Positions 8,987 through 18,254 of a stretch of DNA of 32,000 bases are shown here, piece after piece. Each line of letters begins with the position of its first letter. Position 1 is the first letter of the stretch. The notes beneath the pieces are model-generated. The model was not told the origin of the DNA. It saw nothing but the letters and a program-made list of their open reading frames with translations, and searched no databases. A program made the position numbers and the translations under genes. This stretch comes from Candidatus Hermodarchaeota archaeon (GTDB lineage Archaea; Asgardarchaeota; Heimdallarchaeia; Hodarchaeales; Hodarchaeaceae): positions 82,687 through 114,686 of the forward strand of contig JBHLKY010000013.1 of the NCBI GenBank assembly GCA_048886185.1. The letters are read 5' to 3'.

Positions 8987-10099
8987 ATGATAAACCTACG
9001 AAATTTAGGCTGGAACTGTGGTAATTATGAACCTGGCCGAGAAAATTCTATAATTGATGTTCCTGGAGTTAGAATTGGTCATAATACTATCATTAAAGGA
9101 GAAGGTGAACTAGTACCAGGAAAAGGGCCAATTAGAACGGGTGTAACCGTGATTCTTCCACATGAAGGAACAATATTCAAAGAGAAAGTATCTGCAGGTG
9201 TTTTCGTTGCAAATGGGTTTGGTAAAGCAACTGGTATTCCCCAAATCCTTGAAACAGGAGTAATAGAAACACCAATTGCCATAACAAACACATTGAATGT
9301 GGGATTGGTTTTTGATGCTCTTGTAAGTCATGCAATCCGTGAAAATCCAGAGATAGGTGTAAAAACAGGATCGGTAGCTCCCATTGTTGCTGAGTGTTTT
9401 GATGGTTACTTGAATGATATACAAGGCCGACATGTAAGAGAACATCATGTAATCAAAGCAATTGACCATGCCAAATCATCAGGAGTTAAACAGGGAAATA
9501 TTGGCGCAGGAACAGGAATGCAAGTATTTGAACTGAAGAGCGGTATCGGTACTGCGTCGAGAGTAGTACCTAACGAAAATTTTGATGATAATGAAGTCTA
9601 TCATATAGGAGCTCTCGTTTTACCGAATTTCGGTCGGTTTAAAGACTTTATCTTTTATGGTAATGAAATGGTCACAATTCTGGAGAGGGAAAAATATTTA
9701 CCAAAGGGAAAGGATGATTGGGTTGCCAAGCTAGGTGGTGGATCCATAATTGTAGTTCTTGCAACAAATTTACCACTTAACAGTCGCCAACTTAATAGAC
9801 TGGCCCACAGGGGAGCCCTTGGTATTGCTAGAACTGGATCCATATTGAGTCATACAAGTGGAGACTTTGTTATCGCATTCTCAACACAGAATAAAATTTT
9901 ATATAAGAATGAAGGCTATTTTCTCAAAGAAATTGTATTGAATGAATCAAATCCAGTTTTATCTGATATCTTTAGAATGACTATTGATCTAGTACAAGAA
10001 GCTATCTATAATGCAATGTTGGCTGCTGAAACCTTAGTAGGGCGTGACAATCACGTACGTGTATCATTAGACCCTGATGATCTTCCTAATCCCCCTTAA
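8987..10099 (+). CDS. dmpA: P1/S58 family peptidase (DmpA-like L-aminopeptidase/D-esterase)
   Basis: Motifs IIDVPGVRIGH, TGVTVILP, NGFGK, TNT, GAGTGM and KSGIGTASR, the autoprocessing G-SIIVV site and GIARTGS..SH.SGD. Confidence 0.93.
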   Translation: MINLRNLGWNCGNYEPGRENSIIDVPGVRIGHNTIIKGEGELVPGKGPIRTGVTVILPHEGTIFKEKVSAGVFVANGFGKATGIPQILETGVIETPIAITNTLNVGLVFDALVSHAIRENPEIGVKTGSVAPIVAECFDGYLNDIQGRHVREHHVIKAIDHAKSSGVKQGNIGAGTGMQVFELKSGIGTASRVVPNENFDDNEVYHIGALVLPNFGRFKDFIFYGNEMVTILEREKYLPKGKDDWVAKLGGGSIIVVLATNLPLNSRQLNRLAHRGALGIARTGSILSHTSGDFVIAFSTQNKILYKNEGYFLKEIVLNESNPVLSDIFRMTIDLVQEAIYNAMLAAETLVGRDNHVRVSLDPDDLPNPP

Positions 10100-10153
10100 C
10101 AAAAAATTCAGTTCAGTATTACCACAAGCTTTAGTATTTTCAATAACGATTTC

Positions 10154-10798
10154 TTAAATTTCATTTGATGATCTTCTAATTTCTTTAAACGATATTTTCT
10201 TCGTGCTAATAGAATTTTTCAGTTTTTTTTCTTGATTAGTGAAGAGAGAGTTGCCTTTTTGTATTGATTTGAAGATTACAGGGATTATTTCTAATATACG
10301 TTTTGGACGATCTCTGAAGACTAAATTAACTAACTCTGAAGTCAAGGCGTAATCCTCAAGACAGACACATGATTCAAGGCTAATTTGTTGTTGAAGTTCA
10401 AACAAATTCTCAAAATGATCAGTTAACTCCTTGAGTTTCTCATATAGGATGGGAGCATCTAGTGTTGTGACTAAAACGGAAAGAACATTACTCCGTTCAT
10501 CTATTAAGACTTTTTTCCTCCCTAAATCTATTAGATTTAATCGTGATGAACTATCTACGATTTCTTGCATCATTCTTGCAAGAGCTGTGAATCCCATTCC
10601 CACTAGCTGGTTTTCAATCTGTGATATAAATCCCAATTGGAAATGATGTGAAAATAAACAAATCCCATCGCTTTTCCGGATAATATAAAGAGAAATTAAT
10701 TGTTTTTCCCAACTCTCAAGGGGAATAGTGCAATTACTTTTCAGAAAAAGCTGTCTAATCCTGACAAACCATCTTGATGAATATTTCATGCTTTTCAA
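10154..10798 (-). CDS. Longin/roadblock-like domain protein (Asgard type)
   Basis: The pattern ISLYIIRKSDGICLFSHHF...NQLVGMGFTAL..MMQEI...IDLGRKKVLI....VLSVLV...L.EL.DHFE matches the beta-beta-alpha-beta-beta-beta-alpha longin-like domains common in Asgard archaea. Confidence 0.65.
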   Translation of the reverse strand: MKSMKYSSRWFVRIRQLFLKSNCTIPLESWEKQLISLYIIRKSDGICLFSHHFQLGFISQIENQLVGMGFTALARMMQEIVDSSSRLNLIDLGRKKVLIDERSNVLSVLVTTLDAPILYEKLKELTDHFENLFELQQQISLESCVCLEDYALTSELVNLVFRDRPKRILEIIPVIFKSIQKGNSLFTNQEKKLKNSISTKKISFKEIRRSSNEI

Positions 10799-10874
10799 TT
10801 AAATTTGTTGTAGTACAATTTAAACTCCGAAGTTTTTCCCAGATCTTCTTTGAACTATTCACTCCTCAGTATGA

Positions 10875-12131
10875 TTAATCACTGAGATCAATATCATATA
10901 CAAATTGAAGAGCGATTTCAACTGCTTTTGCAATATTTGGTCCTGACAACTTTTCGGGGGTGTCATTTAAAGTATGCCAATAGTCTGGAACACCAGTTTT
11001 AGATAATCCAAATAAAGTTGCTGCATGAAGACCCTTACGTGAAAAATTTGCAGCATCCGATCCAGCAAATGGTAATGGTCCAACTTTTATAGGAACTTTA
11101 ACCTTGTGAGCAGCTTTTATTACCTTATCAACCACTAATGAAGAATGTTTAGTTAAAAACATGTATTCTGCTGTTGCTACAAGAAACACTTCCGCACTTA
11201 AACATTCAAGGTTTAAGAGTAGCGCCTTCCGTTCGAGGAGTTCTTTATGGTGTAAAGAAACAAATCTTTTGGATCCTCTCATATGTTCCTCACCAGCAAA
11301 ACTAATCAACCAAATCTCTGTGGTTTCAGGCCTATTCCTAGAGAGATATTCACTACACTCTAATAAAATACCAATTGCAGATAAATTGTCGTTTGCGCCG
11401 AAAACAACTTTATTAGAACGAAGATATCGTGCTAGAATAAGTATTACAACGGTTCCAATCGAAAATATAAACAACTGGAGTACATCTATAGAGTTTGGAA
11501 TTGTGAATTCTTGCTGTGTTCGTAAAAAATTAAAAGGATCTATTTGAGAGATTTCTTGACTTTGAAAATTTAGTACAATTATTTTGGAAAGACTGAGAAA
11601 AATATTCAATATTGCACACATAACAGCTGTTAGTATTAATAAAACCGATTTACGTCCCAATTTACTTAATAAGGGAAATTCATAAGCAGAGTCATGATGT
11701 CCTGATAAAAGAACTAACTTTTTGGGTTCATTCTGAGGTTTAATCTTGCCAAGGATATGAAATTCAGTCTTCTTAGGAAATATGAAGTCTATCACTTCAA
11801 AGAGAAGGTTTGATTGTACAAAATATATGGCAAGCGCAATAAAAATGAGAAAACTAGATAATAATGGATGAATAAAGAAATATGCCACTACTCCAGCCAG
11901 ATAAAAAATGGTGGTTATCCATATAAAATCCAAGAATCCTCTGGGACGACATATGAACTCTTCTTGATATACCTCATCACAAAATTGACGTAGTTCCTCT
12001 TGAATAATATTACCTGCCTTTTTCTCTTCTTCAGAACCAGCTAATCGAGGACCTACTTCATCATATATCCTTTGAATAAAATCGATGATTTTTTGTCCTG
12101 AAGGATCTACTCGCGGTTTGAGTTGTTCCAA
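10875..12131 (-). CDS. M28 family Zn-metallopeptidase with two inserted transmembrane hairpins
   Basis: Zn ligand motifs GHHDS, GANDNLSA, GEE, NLE and YWHTLND, plus the N-terminal GPRLAGSEEE. TTG start 6 nt after GGTGA. Confidence 0.88.
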   Translation of the reverse strand: MEQLKPRVDPSGQKIIDFIQRIYDEVGPRLAGSEEEKKAGNIIQEELRQFCDEVYQEEFICRPRGFLDFIWITTIFYLAGVVAYFFIHPLLSSFLIFIALAIYFVQSNLLFEVIDFIFPKKTEFHILGKIKPQNEPKKLVLLSGHHDSAYEFPLLSKLGRKSVLLILTAVMCAILNIFLSLSKIIVLNFQSQEISQIDPFNFLRTQQEFTIPNSIDVLQLFIFSIGTVVILILARYLRSNKVVFGANDNLSAIGILLECSEYLSRNRPETTEIWLISFAGEEHMRGSKRFVSLHHKELLERKALLLNLECLSAEVFLVATAEYMFLTKHSSLVVDKVIKAAHKVKVPIKVGPLPFAGSDAANFSRKGLHAATLFGLSKTGVPDYWHTLNDTPEKLSGPNIAKAVEIALQFVYDIDLSD

Positions 12132-12216
12132 AGTGTTTCACCAATAATAAGAATGTTAAACCCATGGTAAACCTCTAAAAAGCATAGGGTTTTCAATGTA
12201 TCGAAATACAGTAGAA

Positions 12217-13092
12217 TTATTTTGATAGAAAAGGAGTTGTTGCTTTAAAAAATTCATCTGGAGCTTCAATCATAGGCCAATGGCCACACTTTTTGATTAC
12301 AGAGAGATTTGCATTTGGAATTCGTTCATTGAGAAGGTTTGATCCCATCCTAATATGAGGCATGTCATCGTCTCCAGTAATAATGAGTGTTGGAGCAGGT
12401 ATACGATGAATGCTTCCTCTGAGGTCATATTTAGTAGCTTCATGGTGATTAAAATACTGATGTGGTTGGGCAGAAACGACCATCTTTGTCAACACATCAC
12501 TCACTAATAAAGAAACTTTATCATAATCGTAGAAATGAATAACTGGTAATAGAATTTTAAGTGTGGCCCTCTCCTTCTCATCAGGAGAGATAGAGGAATT
12601 TTTTTGAAGCTTTTTAAGAGCAGAAAAAGCTTCTTTATATCCTTTTCGTCCCCTTAACCAGCTATTATAATTTCCCAGGAAAATATAGGGAGTAGTATCT
12701 ATTAAAAGGAGACGCTCGACCATTTCTGGATAATCCAAAGCATATTTTAACGAGACAAATCCTCCATGACTGTGAGCAACAATGGCAATCTGTGAAATTC
12801 CTAAAAACTTGCGGATGGCTTCAATATCATTGACATATTCGTCCATACTATAAGCAAGAGGATCATTTAGTCGTTGTGAACGTCCAAGCCCTCGTGGTTC
12901 TAGATAAATGACTGTTCTTACTTTCTCAATTGGTTTAAGAGTCTTTATATAGAGACTAACATCTCCCCCCCAACCAGCTCCAGCTGGTTGTAAGAGTAAA
13001 ACAGGGCCATTACCTTGTACATAATACCATAATTTTACTCCACGAATTTTGACATAATGCTCCCCTGGAGAAAGTGCATCTTCCTGATTCAT
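12217..13092 (-). CDS. Alpha/beta hydrolase (proline iminopeptidase-like)
   Basis: Motifs PRGLGRS, nucleophile elbow AHSHGG, ITGDDD and CGHWP. Confidence 0.88.
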   Translation of the reverse strand: MNQEDALSPGEHYVKIRGVKLWYYVQGNGPVLLLQPAGAGWGGDVSLYIKTLKPIEKVRTVIYLEPRGLGRSQRLNDPLAYSMDEYVNDIEAIRKFLGISQIAIVAHSHGGFVSLKYALDYPEMVERLLLIDTTPYIFLGNYNSWLRGRKGYKEAFSALKKLQKNSSISPDEKERATLKILLPVIHFYDYDKVSLLVSDVLTKMVVSAQPHQYFNHHEATKYDLRGSIHRIPAPTLIITGDDDMPHIRMGSNLLNERIPNANLSVIKKCGHWPMIEAPDEFFKATTPFLSK

Positions 13093-13189
13093 CTTTCTAA
13101 CCTTTTTTGAGACTTTTAAGCAATTTTAAATTAGACCTGATCATGACTAATATCGAGAGACATTTAAGAATCCCTCTCTGATATAGTCT

Positions 13190-13963
13190 TTGGATGGATT
13201 TAGAATGGACACACTGCGCCTTGAAGAAATGAACTGGAAGGATATTCAAGAAGCCATTGATCAGGGATATAAAACAGTTGTCATAGGGATTGGATCGATT
13301 GAACAGCATGGACCTCACTTACCAACTTCAACGGATTCACTAATTGGTGATGCTATTGCAAATAAAGTCACAGCAAATTTGAAAAACGCTTTACAAGCCC
13401 CAACAATCAGAATAGGGTGTTCAAGCCATCATCTCTCATTTCCTGGTACAATTTCTTATAAAGAATCAACATTGAAGGCAATAATACAGGATTACGTGAA
13501 AAGTCTCGCCCTTCATGGGTTTACAAACATAGTTTTACTGCCTAGTCATGGAGGGAATTTCAAACCAATATTAGAAGTAATTGATGAAATTAAAAAAGGA
13601 AATTCTGACTTTAAACTAGTTGGCTATACTGATTTATTTGGACTACTTGACGTACTTCATAATTTTTCAAATGAATTTGGAATAACAAAGGAAGAATCTG
13701 GAGTACACGCAGGAGAATCAGAAACATCTTTCATCTTGGCTTTAGCAGAAAATCTAGTCAAAAAGGAACGCTTTGAGCCAGGGTATATGGGAGTAGTTGG
13801 AGAAGAGCAATCACAGCTCATATTTGAAAAGGGAATGACTGCATTAACAAAAAATGGCATTTTAGGGGATCCAACAAACGCAACAAGTGAAAAAGGTGAA
13901 ATTTATCTTCAAAAAATTGTCCAATTTCTTGTTGATGAAATAAAAAAAGAATTAGGAAACTAG
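13190..13963 (+). CDS. Creatininase/creatinine amidohydrolase family protein (MftE-like); start may be ATG 13205
   Basis: Motifs GSIEQHGPHLP..TD, SSHH..FPGT, SHGGN, HAGESETS and GILGDP. Confidence 0.92.
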   Translation: MDGFRMDTLRLEEMNWKDIQEAIDQGYKTVVIGIGSIEQHGPHLPTSTDSLIGDAIANKVTANLKNALQAPTIRIGCSSHHLSFPGTISYKESTLKAIIQDYVKSLALHGFTNIVLLPSHGGNFKPILEVIDEIKKGNSDFKLVGYTDLFGLLDVLHNFSNEFGITKEESGVHAGESETSFILALAENLVKKERFEPGYMGVVGEEQSQLIFEKGMTALTKNGILGDPTNATSEKGEIYLQKIVQFLVDEIKKELGN

Positions 13964-14022
13964 ATTTTTGTATCAATCTTTCCTCTTCGACTTTCTGAAC
14001 AAGAGGTAATTTCTAGTATAAA

Positions 14023-14286
14023 ATGAATTTGATTGTGGACCAAATGGAAACTAAATGGTCATTGTTTTTCATAGTATCCCTCTTGATATCTTTAGTAAGT
14101 ATCATCTTTTTTATTTTCTTTGATTTTCCATTCCTATTACTTTTTCTCTTTCTCCCCTTGGTTTATGGAATTAAAGGTTCCACAAATAGCAGAGGAACAT
14201 ATTCACGCATTTTTTGTAAGAAATGTGGAGCTAAATTACCTCTAGATTCGATCTATTGTCCAAATTGTGGAGGCAGTATTGATTAA
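14023..14286 (+). CDS. Small membrane protein with C-terminal zinc ribbon
   Basis: Hydrophobic N-terminal half followed by CKKCG...YCPNCG. Confidence 0.7.
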   Translation: MNLIVDQMETKWSLFFIVSLLISLVSIIFFIFFDFPFLLLFLFLPLVYGIKGSTNSRGTYSRIFCKKCGAKLPLDSIYCPNCGGSID

Positions 14287-14306
14287 GCTAAAAACTAATA
14301 ATACTT

Positions 14307-15497
14307 ATGAAAAACAATAACTTACCAGATAAAAAGGAATTTGGGAAAGCAATGAACTATAGAAAAATAGGAAACACTGGAATTCAAGTCTCTGCTCTAG
14401 GATTTGGATGTATGAGGCTTCCAACGCTTAAACCTGGAGAACCTGCAATTAATCGTGAAGAAGCAATTCGGTTAATCAGGAAAGGTATTGATTCTGGAAT
14501 AAATTACATTGATACAGCATATCCGTATCACGCGAAAGAAAGTGAGGTTGTCGTTGGTATGGCACTAAAGGATGGTTATCGTGAAAAAGTGACTCTCGTC
14601 ACTAAATGCCCTGTCGGACTACCTGATTTTACAGAGTCAGCTCATTATGATAAATACCTCAATGAACAATTGGAGAAACTTGATGTAGAATACCTTGATT
14701 TTTATCTCTTTCATGGCATTAATGGAAAAACCTTTCAAGATAAAGTATTAGGATTAAATCTTATCGAAAAAGCAAAGGCGGCAAAAAAAGCAGGAAAGAT
14801 TAGACACATTGGATTTTCATTCCATGATAAACCTGAGGTTCTCAAGGAAATCATTGATACTGGGCATTTTGAATTAATGTTGGTTCAGTATAACATCATA
14901 GATCAGGTGAATGAAGAAATGTTAGCTTATGCGGCTCAGAATGGATTAGGAGTGGCGATAATGGGACCTGTAGGGGGTGGTAGATTGGCTGGTTTTCCTC
15001 CTGAATCAATGCAGCAGTGGTTATCTGAAGATAGAAAAAATTTTGTTGATCTTGCACTAAAGTTTGTGTTAAGTAACCCTAATGTTTCTGTTGCTCTTTC
15101 AGGTATGGGATCGGAAGAAATGTTGGATGAGAATTTAGAACTAGTATCAAAGGAGAGTTATAACTTGTTGGCTAGTGACGAGAAAGAGAGAATTGAAAAT
15201 ATTGCAACCAAATTTGAAGAGCTCTCCGATCTTGTATGCACAGGTTGTGGTTATTGTATGCCCTGTCCTAATGAAGTGAATATTAAAGAAATCTTCAATT
15301 TATTAATCCGATATCAAGTATATGGACAAAAAGAAGACGCTAAAAGTATGTATACTCAGATTGGGAAGGTTCGCTGGCTACCTGGAAAAGATGCGTCTGC
15401 TTGTGCTGAGTGTGAAGAATGTTTAGAAAAATGCCCACAAAAAATTCCAATAATAGAGCAATTGAAGGAAGCTCACCAAATTTTAGGGAATGAATAG
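14307..15497 (+). CDS. Aldo/keto reductase with C-terminal 4Fe-4S dicluster domain (COG1453-like)
   Basis: Motifs YRKIG.TG..VSALGFGCMRLP, INYIDTAY.Y, IRHIGFSFH and VQYN, plus C-terminal CTGCGYCMPCP and CAECEECLEKCPQ. Confidence 0.93.
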   Translation: MKNNNLPDKKEFGKAMNYRKIGNTGIQVSALGFGCMRLPTLKPGEPAINREEAIRLIRKGIDSGINYIDTAYPYHAKESEVVVGMALKDGYREKVTLVTKCPVGLPDFTESAHYDKYLNEQLEKLDVEYLDFYLFHGINGKTFQDKVLGLNLIEKAKAAKKAGKIRHIGFSFHDKPEVLKEIIDTGHFELMLVQYNIIDQVNEEMLAYAAQNGLGVAIMGPVGGGRLAGFPPESMQQWLSEDRKNFVDLALKFVLSNPNVSVALSGMGSEEMLDENLELVSKESYNLLASDEKERIENIATKFEELSDLVCTGCGYCMPCPNEVNIKEIFNLLIRYQVYGQKEDAKSMYTQIGKVRWLPGKDASACAECEECLEKCPQKIPIIEQLKEAHQILGNE

Positions 15498-15540
15498 ACA
15501 GAAATATACAATGTAACTTCATTTATAAAAGAGAGGAATC

Positions 15541-16719
15541 TCACGTTACTTGCTGTAATATCTCTATTAATACATCTTTCTTCAATTTAATAGGATTATA
15601 TTTCATACTTGAGGATTTTTGTGCTTTATCGACAAAAGTTCGTATATCAGAATCAGTTATTCCAAAATTTGATAATGTAGGTATGTTTAATTCTTGTACC
15701 AACTTTTTTAAGTAATCTATTAGAGCCTTATGAGCATCGTCAATCGAAGAGAAGGATTTTTCTGACACCAATTCCCCTAATTTAGCATACTTTGTAAGCG
15801 TCGCATTCTTAGGGTCAACTGCTTTCAATTGCATAATATTTGCTTCTATTGTTGGTACTAGGAGAGCTGCACAAATAAGACCGTGAGGAATCTGTAATCC
15901 TCCCATTGGTGAAGCAAACCCATGTACTGCTCCCAAACCTACATTTGCTAAACAAATTCCACTTAGTAAAGAGGCTAAAGCCATATCTTCTCTTGCTGAT
16001 AATGATCTGCCATTTCTATAGCTAATAAGAAGAGAATTTGAAGCCTTTTTAATTCCCAATAGAGCCCAAGCATCAGTTAATGGTTGGGATTTGTTTGACG
16101 TATAAGCCTCAATCAATTGTGTCAAAGCATCCATTCCACACGTTCCAGTAATGGAAGGTGGTACTGTGATCATTAATCTCGGATCAACAATTACTATTTT
16201 AGGAATTAAATGATGACTACGAATACTAGCTTTAAATTTCTCTTCCTTTGCTAATATTACAGCATTTTTTGTAACTTCACTTCCTGTTCCTGCAGTCGTT
16301 GGAACTGCAATGGTTGGTAAAGCAGGTTTAGTAATTGTTGATCCCTTCCCAATTACTTCCATGTAATCTCGTGCTGATCCTCCATTTGTAAATAACCCTG
16401 CAATTGCCTTACTTGCATCAATGGCACTACCACCCCCCAAACCTAAAACTATGTCGGTATTGAACTCTTTAGCTTTCTGCACACCAGAGTCAACAATTTC
16501 AATGGTTGGTTCACCTTTGACTATATACGTATCATATTCTATATTCAGTTGTGCTAGTGTAACACTGAAAGTTTTTCTAGTTTCAGGGGAGTTTAATGCA
16601 CTACCACTTGCAACCACGAATAACCGGGATCCGAGCTCGTTTACAAGACTTCCAAGATTACGGAATTGATTGAGACCAAAAAGAATTCGGGGAGTAGGTA
16701 GAAGCTCTATTTCCATCAA
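15541..16719 (-). CDS. Iron-containing alcohol dehydrogenase
   Basis: Motifs GGGSAID, PTTAGTGSEVT, DALTQ, GAVHG and IPHG. Confidence 0.93.
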   Translation of the reverse strand: MMEIELLPTPRILFGLNQFRNLGSLVNELGSRLFVVASGSALNSPETRKTFSVTLAQLNIEYDTYIVKGEPTIEIVDSGVQKAKEFNTDIVLGLGGGSAIDASKAIAGLFTNGGSARDYMEVIGKGSTITKPALPTIAVPTTAGTGSEVTKNAVILAKEEKFKASIRSHHLIPKIVIVDPRLMITVPPSITGTCGMDALTQLIEAYTSNKSQPLTDAWALLGIKKASNSLLISYRNGRSLSAREDMALASLLSGICLANVGLGAVHGFASPMGGLQIPHGLICAALLVPTIEANIMQLKAVDPKNATLTKYAKLGELVSEKSFSSIDDAHKALIDYLKKLVQELNIPTLSNFGITDSDIRTFVDKAQKSSSMKYNPIKLKKDVLIEILQQVT

Positions 16720-16725
16720 ACTTCA

Positions 16726-17043
16726 CTACTTCGTAAGAAAAGCTTCTTCTGTTTCTGGAAAGAGATTTTTATGTTTGATGCCTTCACGGGGTCTGGCCAT
16801 CATTTTCTCAACAGTCTTTCTCCATTTTTGATAATGACTAGTGGTTTTGTGATAATCCATACCACTTTCGTCACGATAAACCTCATACAAGAAGAACCGA
16901 TCAGGATCGTCTAAACATTGTAAAAAATCAAACCTTAGATTCTTGGATTCCTTTCTCGTATTGTAAGCGTTCTCTAATGTAGCTTCTATAAACGCATCCC
17001 GAGTTTCAGTCTTAACAAAGATACTAACACATGCAATAAACAC
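16726..17043 (-). CDS. ABM/Dabb-fold protein, LsrG/putative quinol monooxygenase-like
   Basis: Sequence NLRFDFLQ...RFFLYEVYRD....HKTT.HY closely parallels LsrG/YgiN-family proteins. The GTG at 17043 lies 6 nt after AGGAGGT (17050-17056), so it is preferred over the track start at 17067. Confidence 0.85.
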   Translation of the reverse strand: MFIACVSIFVKTETRDAFIEATLENAYNTRKESKNLRFDFLQCLDDPDRFFLYEVYRDESGMDYHKTTSHYQKWRKTVEKMMARPREGIKHKNLFPETEEAFLTK

Positions 17044-17117
17044 ATCTAAACCTCCTAAAAGCACCAAAAATAAGTGACTTAATTGTTTTTATGAGGATTT
17101 CTGCCTTAAACTCCTCT

Positions 17118-18254
17118 TCAATCTTTGATTAGAAAATCATCCAGACGACTTCGTGCTTTTTCTCGTTCTTTCCTATGATTTTTAAGGAATAAATTAATTT
17201 TATCGATCAAGATGGATTTTAATTCACCAGTAAGCAAGTCTCCATTTCGATAATCTTCCTCAATCGTTTTGAGTCTTTTATCGTCTGGTTCAAATAGGAT
17301 CTTCAACCATTGGAAGCTGACATCAACATCTGGGTTGCCTCCAATTTTTCGATGTTCCGCGATGGACACTTGACCACCAGAGAAGGCATATTTTTTTATC
17401 TTGTTTTCAACAGTCTCGGGGTCATCTGTTACATATATTGATTGAGAGGGATCTGACGCAGACATCTTTCCTTCAGGCCCTCCAAGAGGAGGAAGGAACG
17501 AACATTGAATACTGGCCGGTTTATAATATCCTAATCTTGGTAGAACATCTCGAGCCAATCTAAAGTGAGGATCTTGGTCGATTGCGTGGGGAATGAGACA
17601 GGGGACATTCTTTCCTTGTCTAACGCTCTCAAGAATTGCAGGAACGGCTTGAATGCTTGTATAAAATACACTTCCAATGTTGATGGAATTATCAAATCCA
17701 AATGAAGCCTTGACAGTTGAATAAGTAATTTTCTTGGCAATGGGGAGTGCGATATTGTAAAATGTTTGAGCATTGTCAGTGTCAATAATGATTTCGGTAT
17801 TTTTCTGATCAAAACCTAAAGCAATCACATCGCACGCATTCTCAATCGCATAAGAGTAAGTGTCTTCCATAGTTAATTTTTCTTCAAATAGGAATTTCTC
17901 ATCATCAGTCAATTGGAAAATGAACTTGACTCCAAACTTATCCTGCAACCATTTAGTAAAAACCCAAGGTACCAAATGGCCTATGTGTATATCCTCGGAG
18001 GGACCCCGACCAGTATAAAGATGGAATTTATCACCCTGTTCCCATTGATCTAAAATGAAATTCATGTCTCGATGAGTGAAAAAGATCCCTCTTCGTAACA
18101 TATAGTGTAATTCACTAGTATGCTTTCTAATCCTTTCAAGTAAAGCCTCATCGATTGGTTCGGTTCCGAATCGTTCCATTAGCCTATTGTAGTCTACTTT
18201 TCCATGAACTTCATATGGTGTGACAATAAAATCATTATTATTTTCTTCAGTCAT
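17118..18254 (-). CDS. trpS: Tryptophan--tRNA ligase, archaeal/eukaryotic type
   Basis: Motifs VTPY.V.G.VDY, YTGRGPS...HIGH, TDDEKFL, PHAIDQDPHFR and KMSAS. Confidence 0.97.
   Translation of the reverse strand: MTEENNNDFIVTPYEVHGKVDYNRLMERFGTEPIDEALLERIRKHTSELHYMLRRGIFFTHRDMNFILDQWEQGDKFHLYTGRGPSEDIHIGHLVPWVFTKWLQDKFGVKFIFQLTDDEKFLFEEKLTMEDTYSYAIENACDVIALGFDQKNTEIIIDTDNAQTFYNIALPIAKKITYSTVKASFGFDNSINIGSVFYTSIQAVPAILESVRQGKNVPCLIPHAIDQDPHFRLARDVLPRLGYYKPASIQCSFLPPLGGPEGKMSASDPSQSIYVTDDPETVENKIKKYAFSGGQVSIAEHRKIGGNPDVDVSFQWLKILFEPDDKRLKTIEEDYRNGDLLTGELKSILIDKINLFLKNHRKEREKARSRLDDFLIKD

Noticed and set aside
13190-13963. Mycofactocin pathway (MftE)
   Set aside because: No mftA/B/C radical-SAM genes are nearby. 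The creatininase family is broad.
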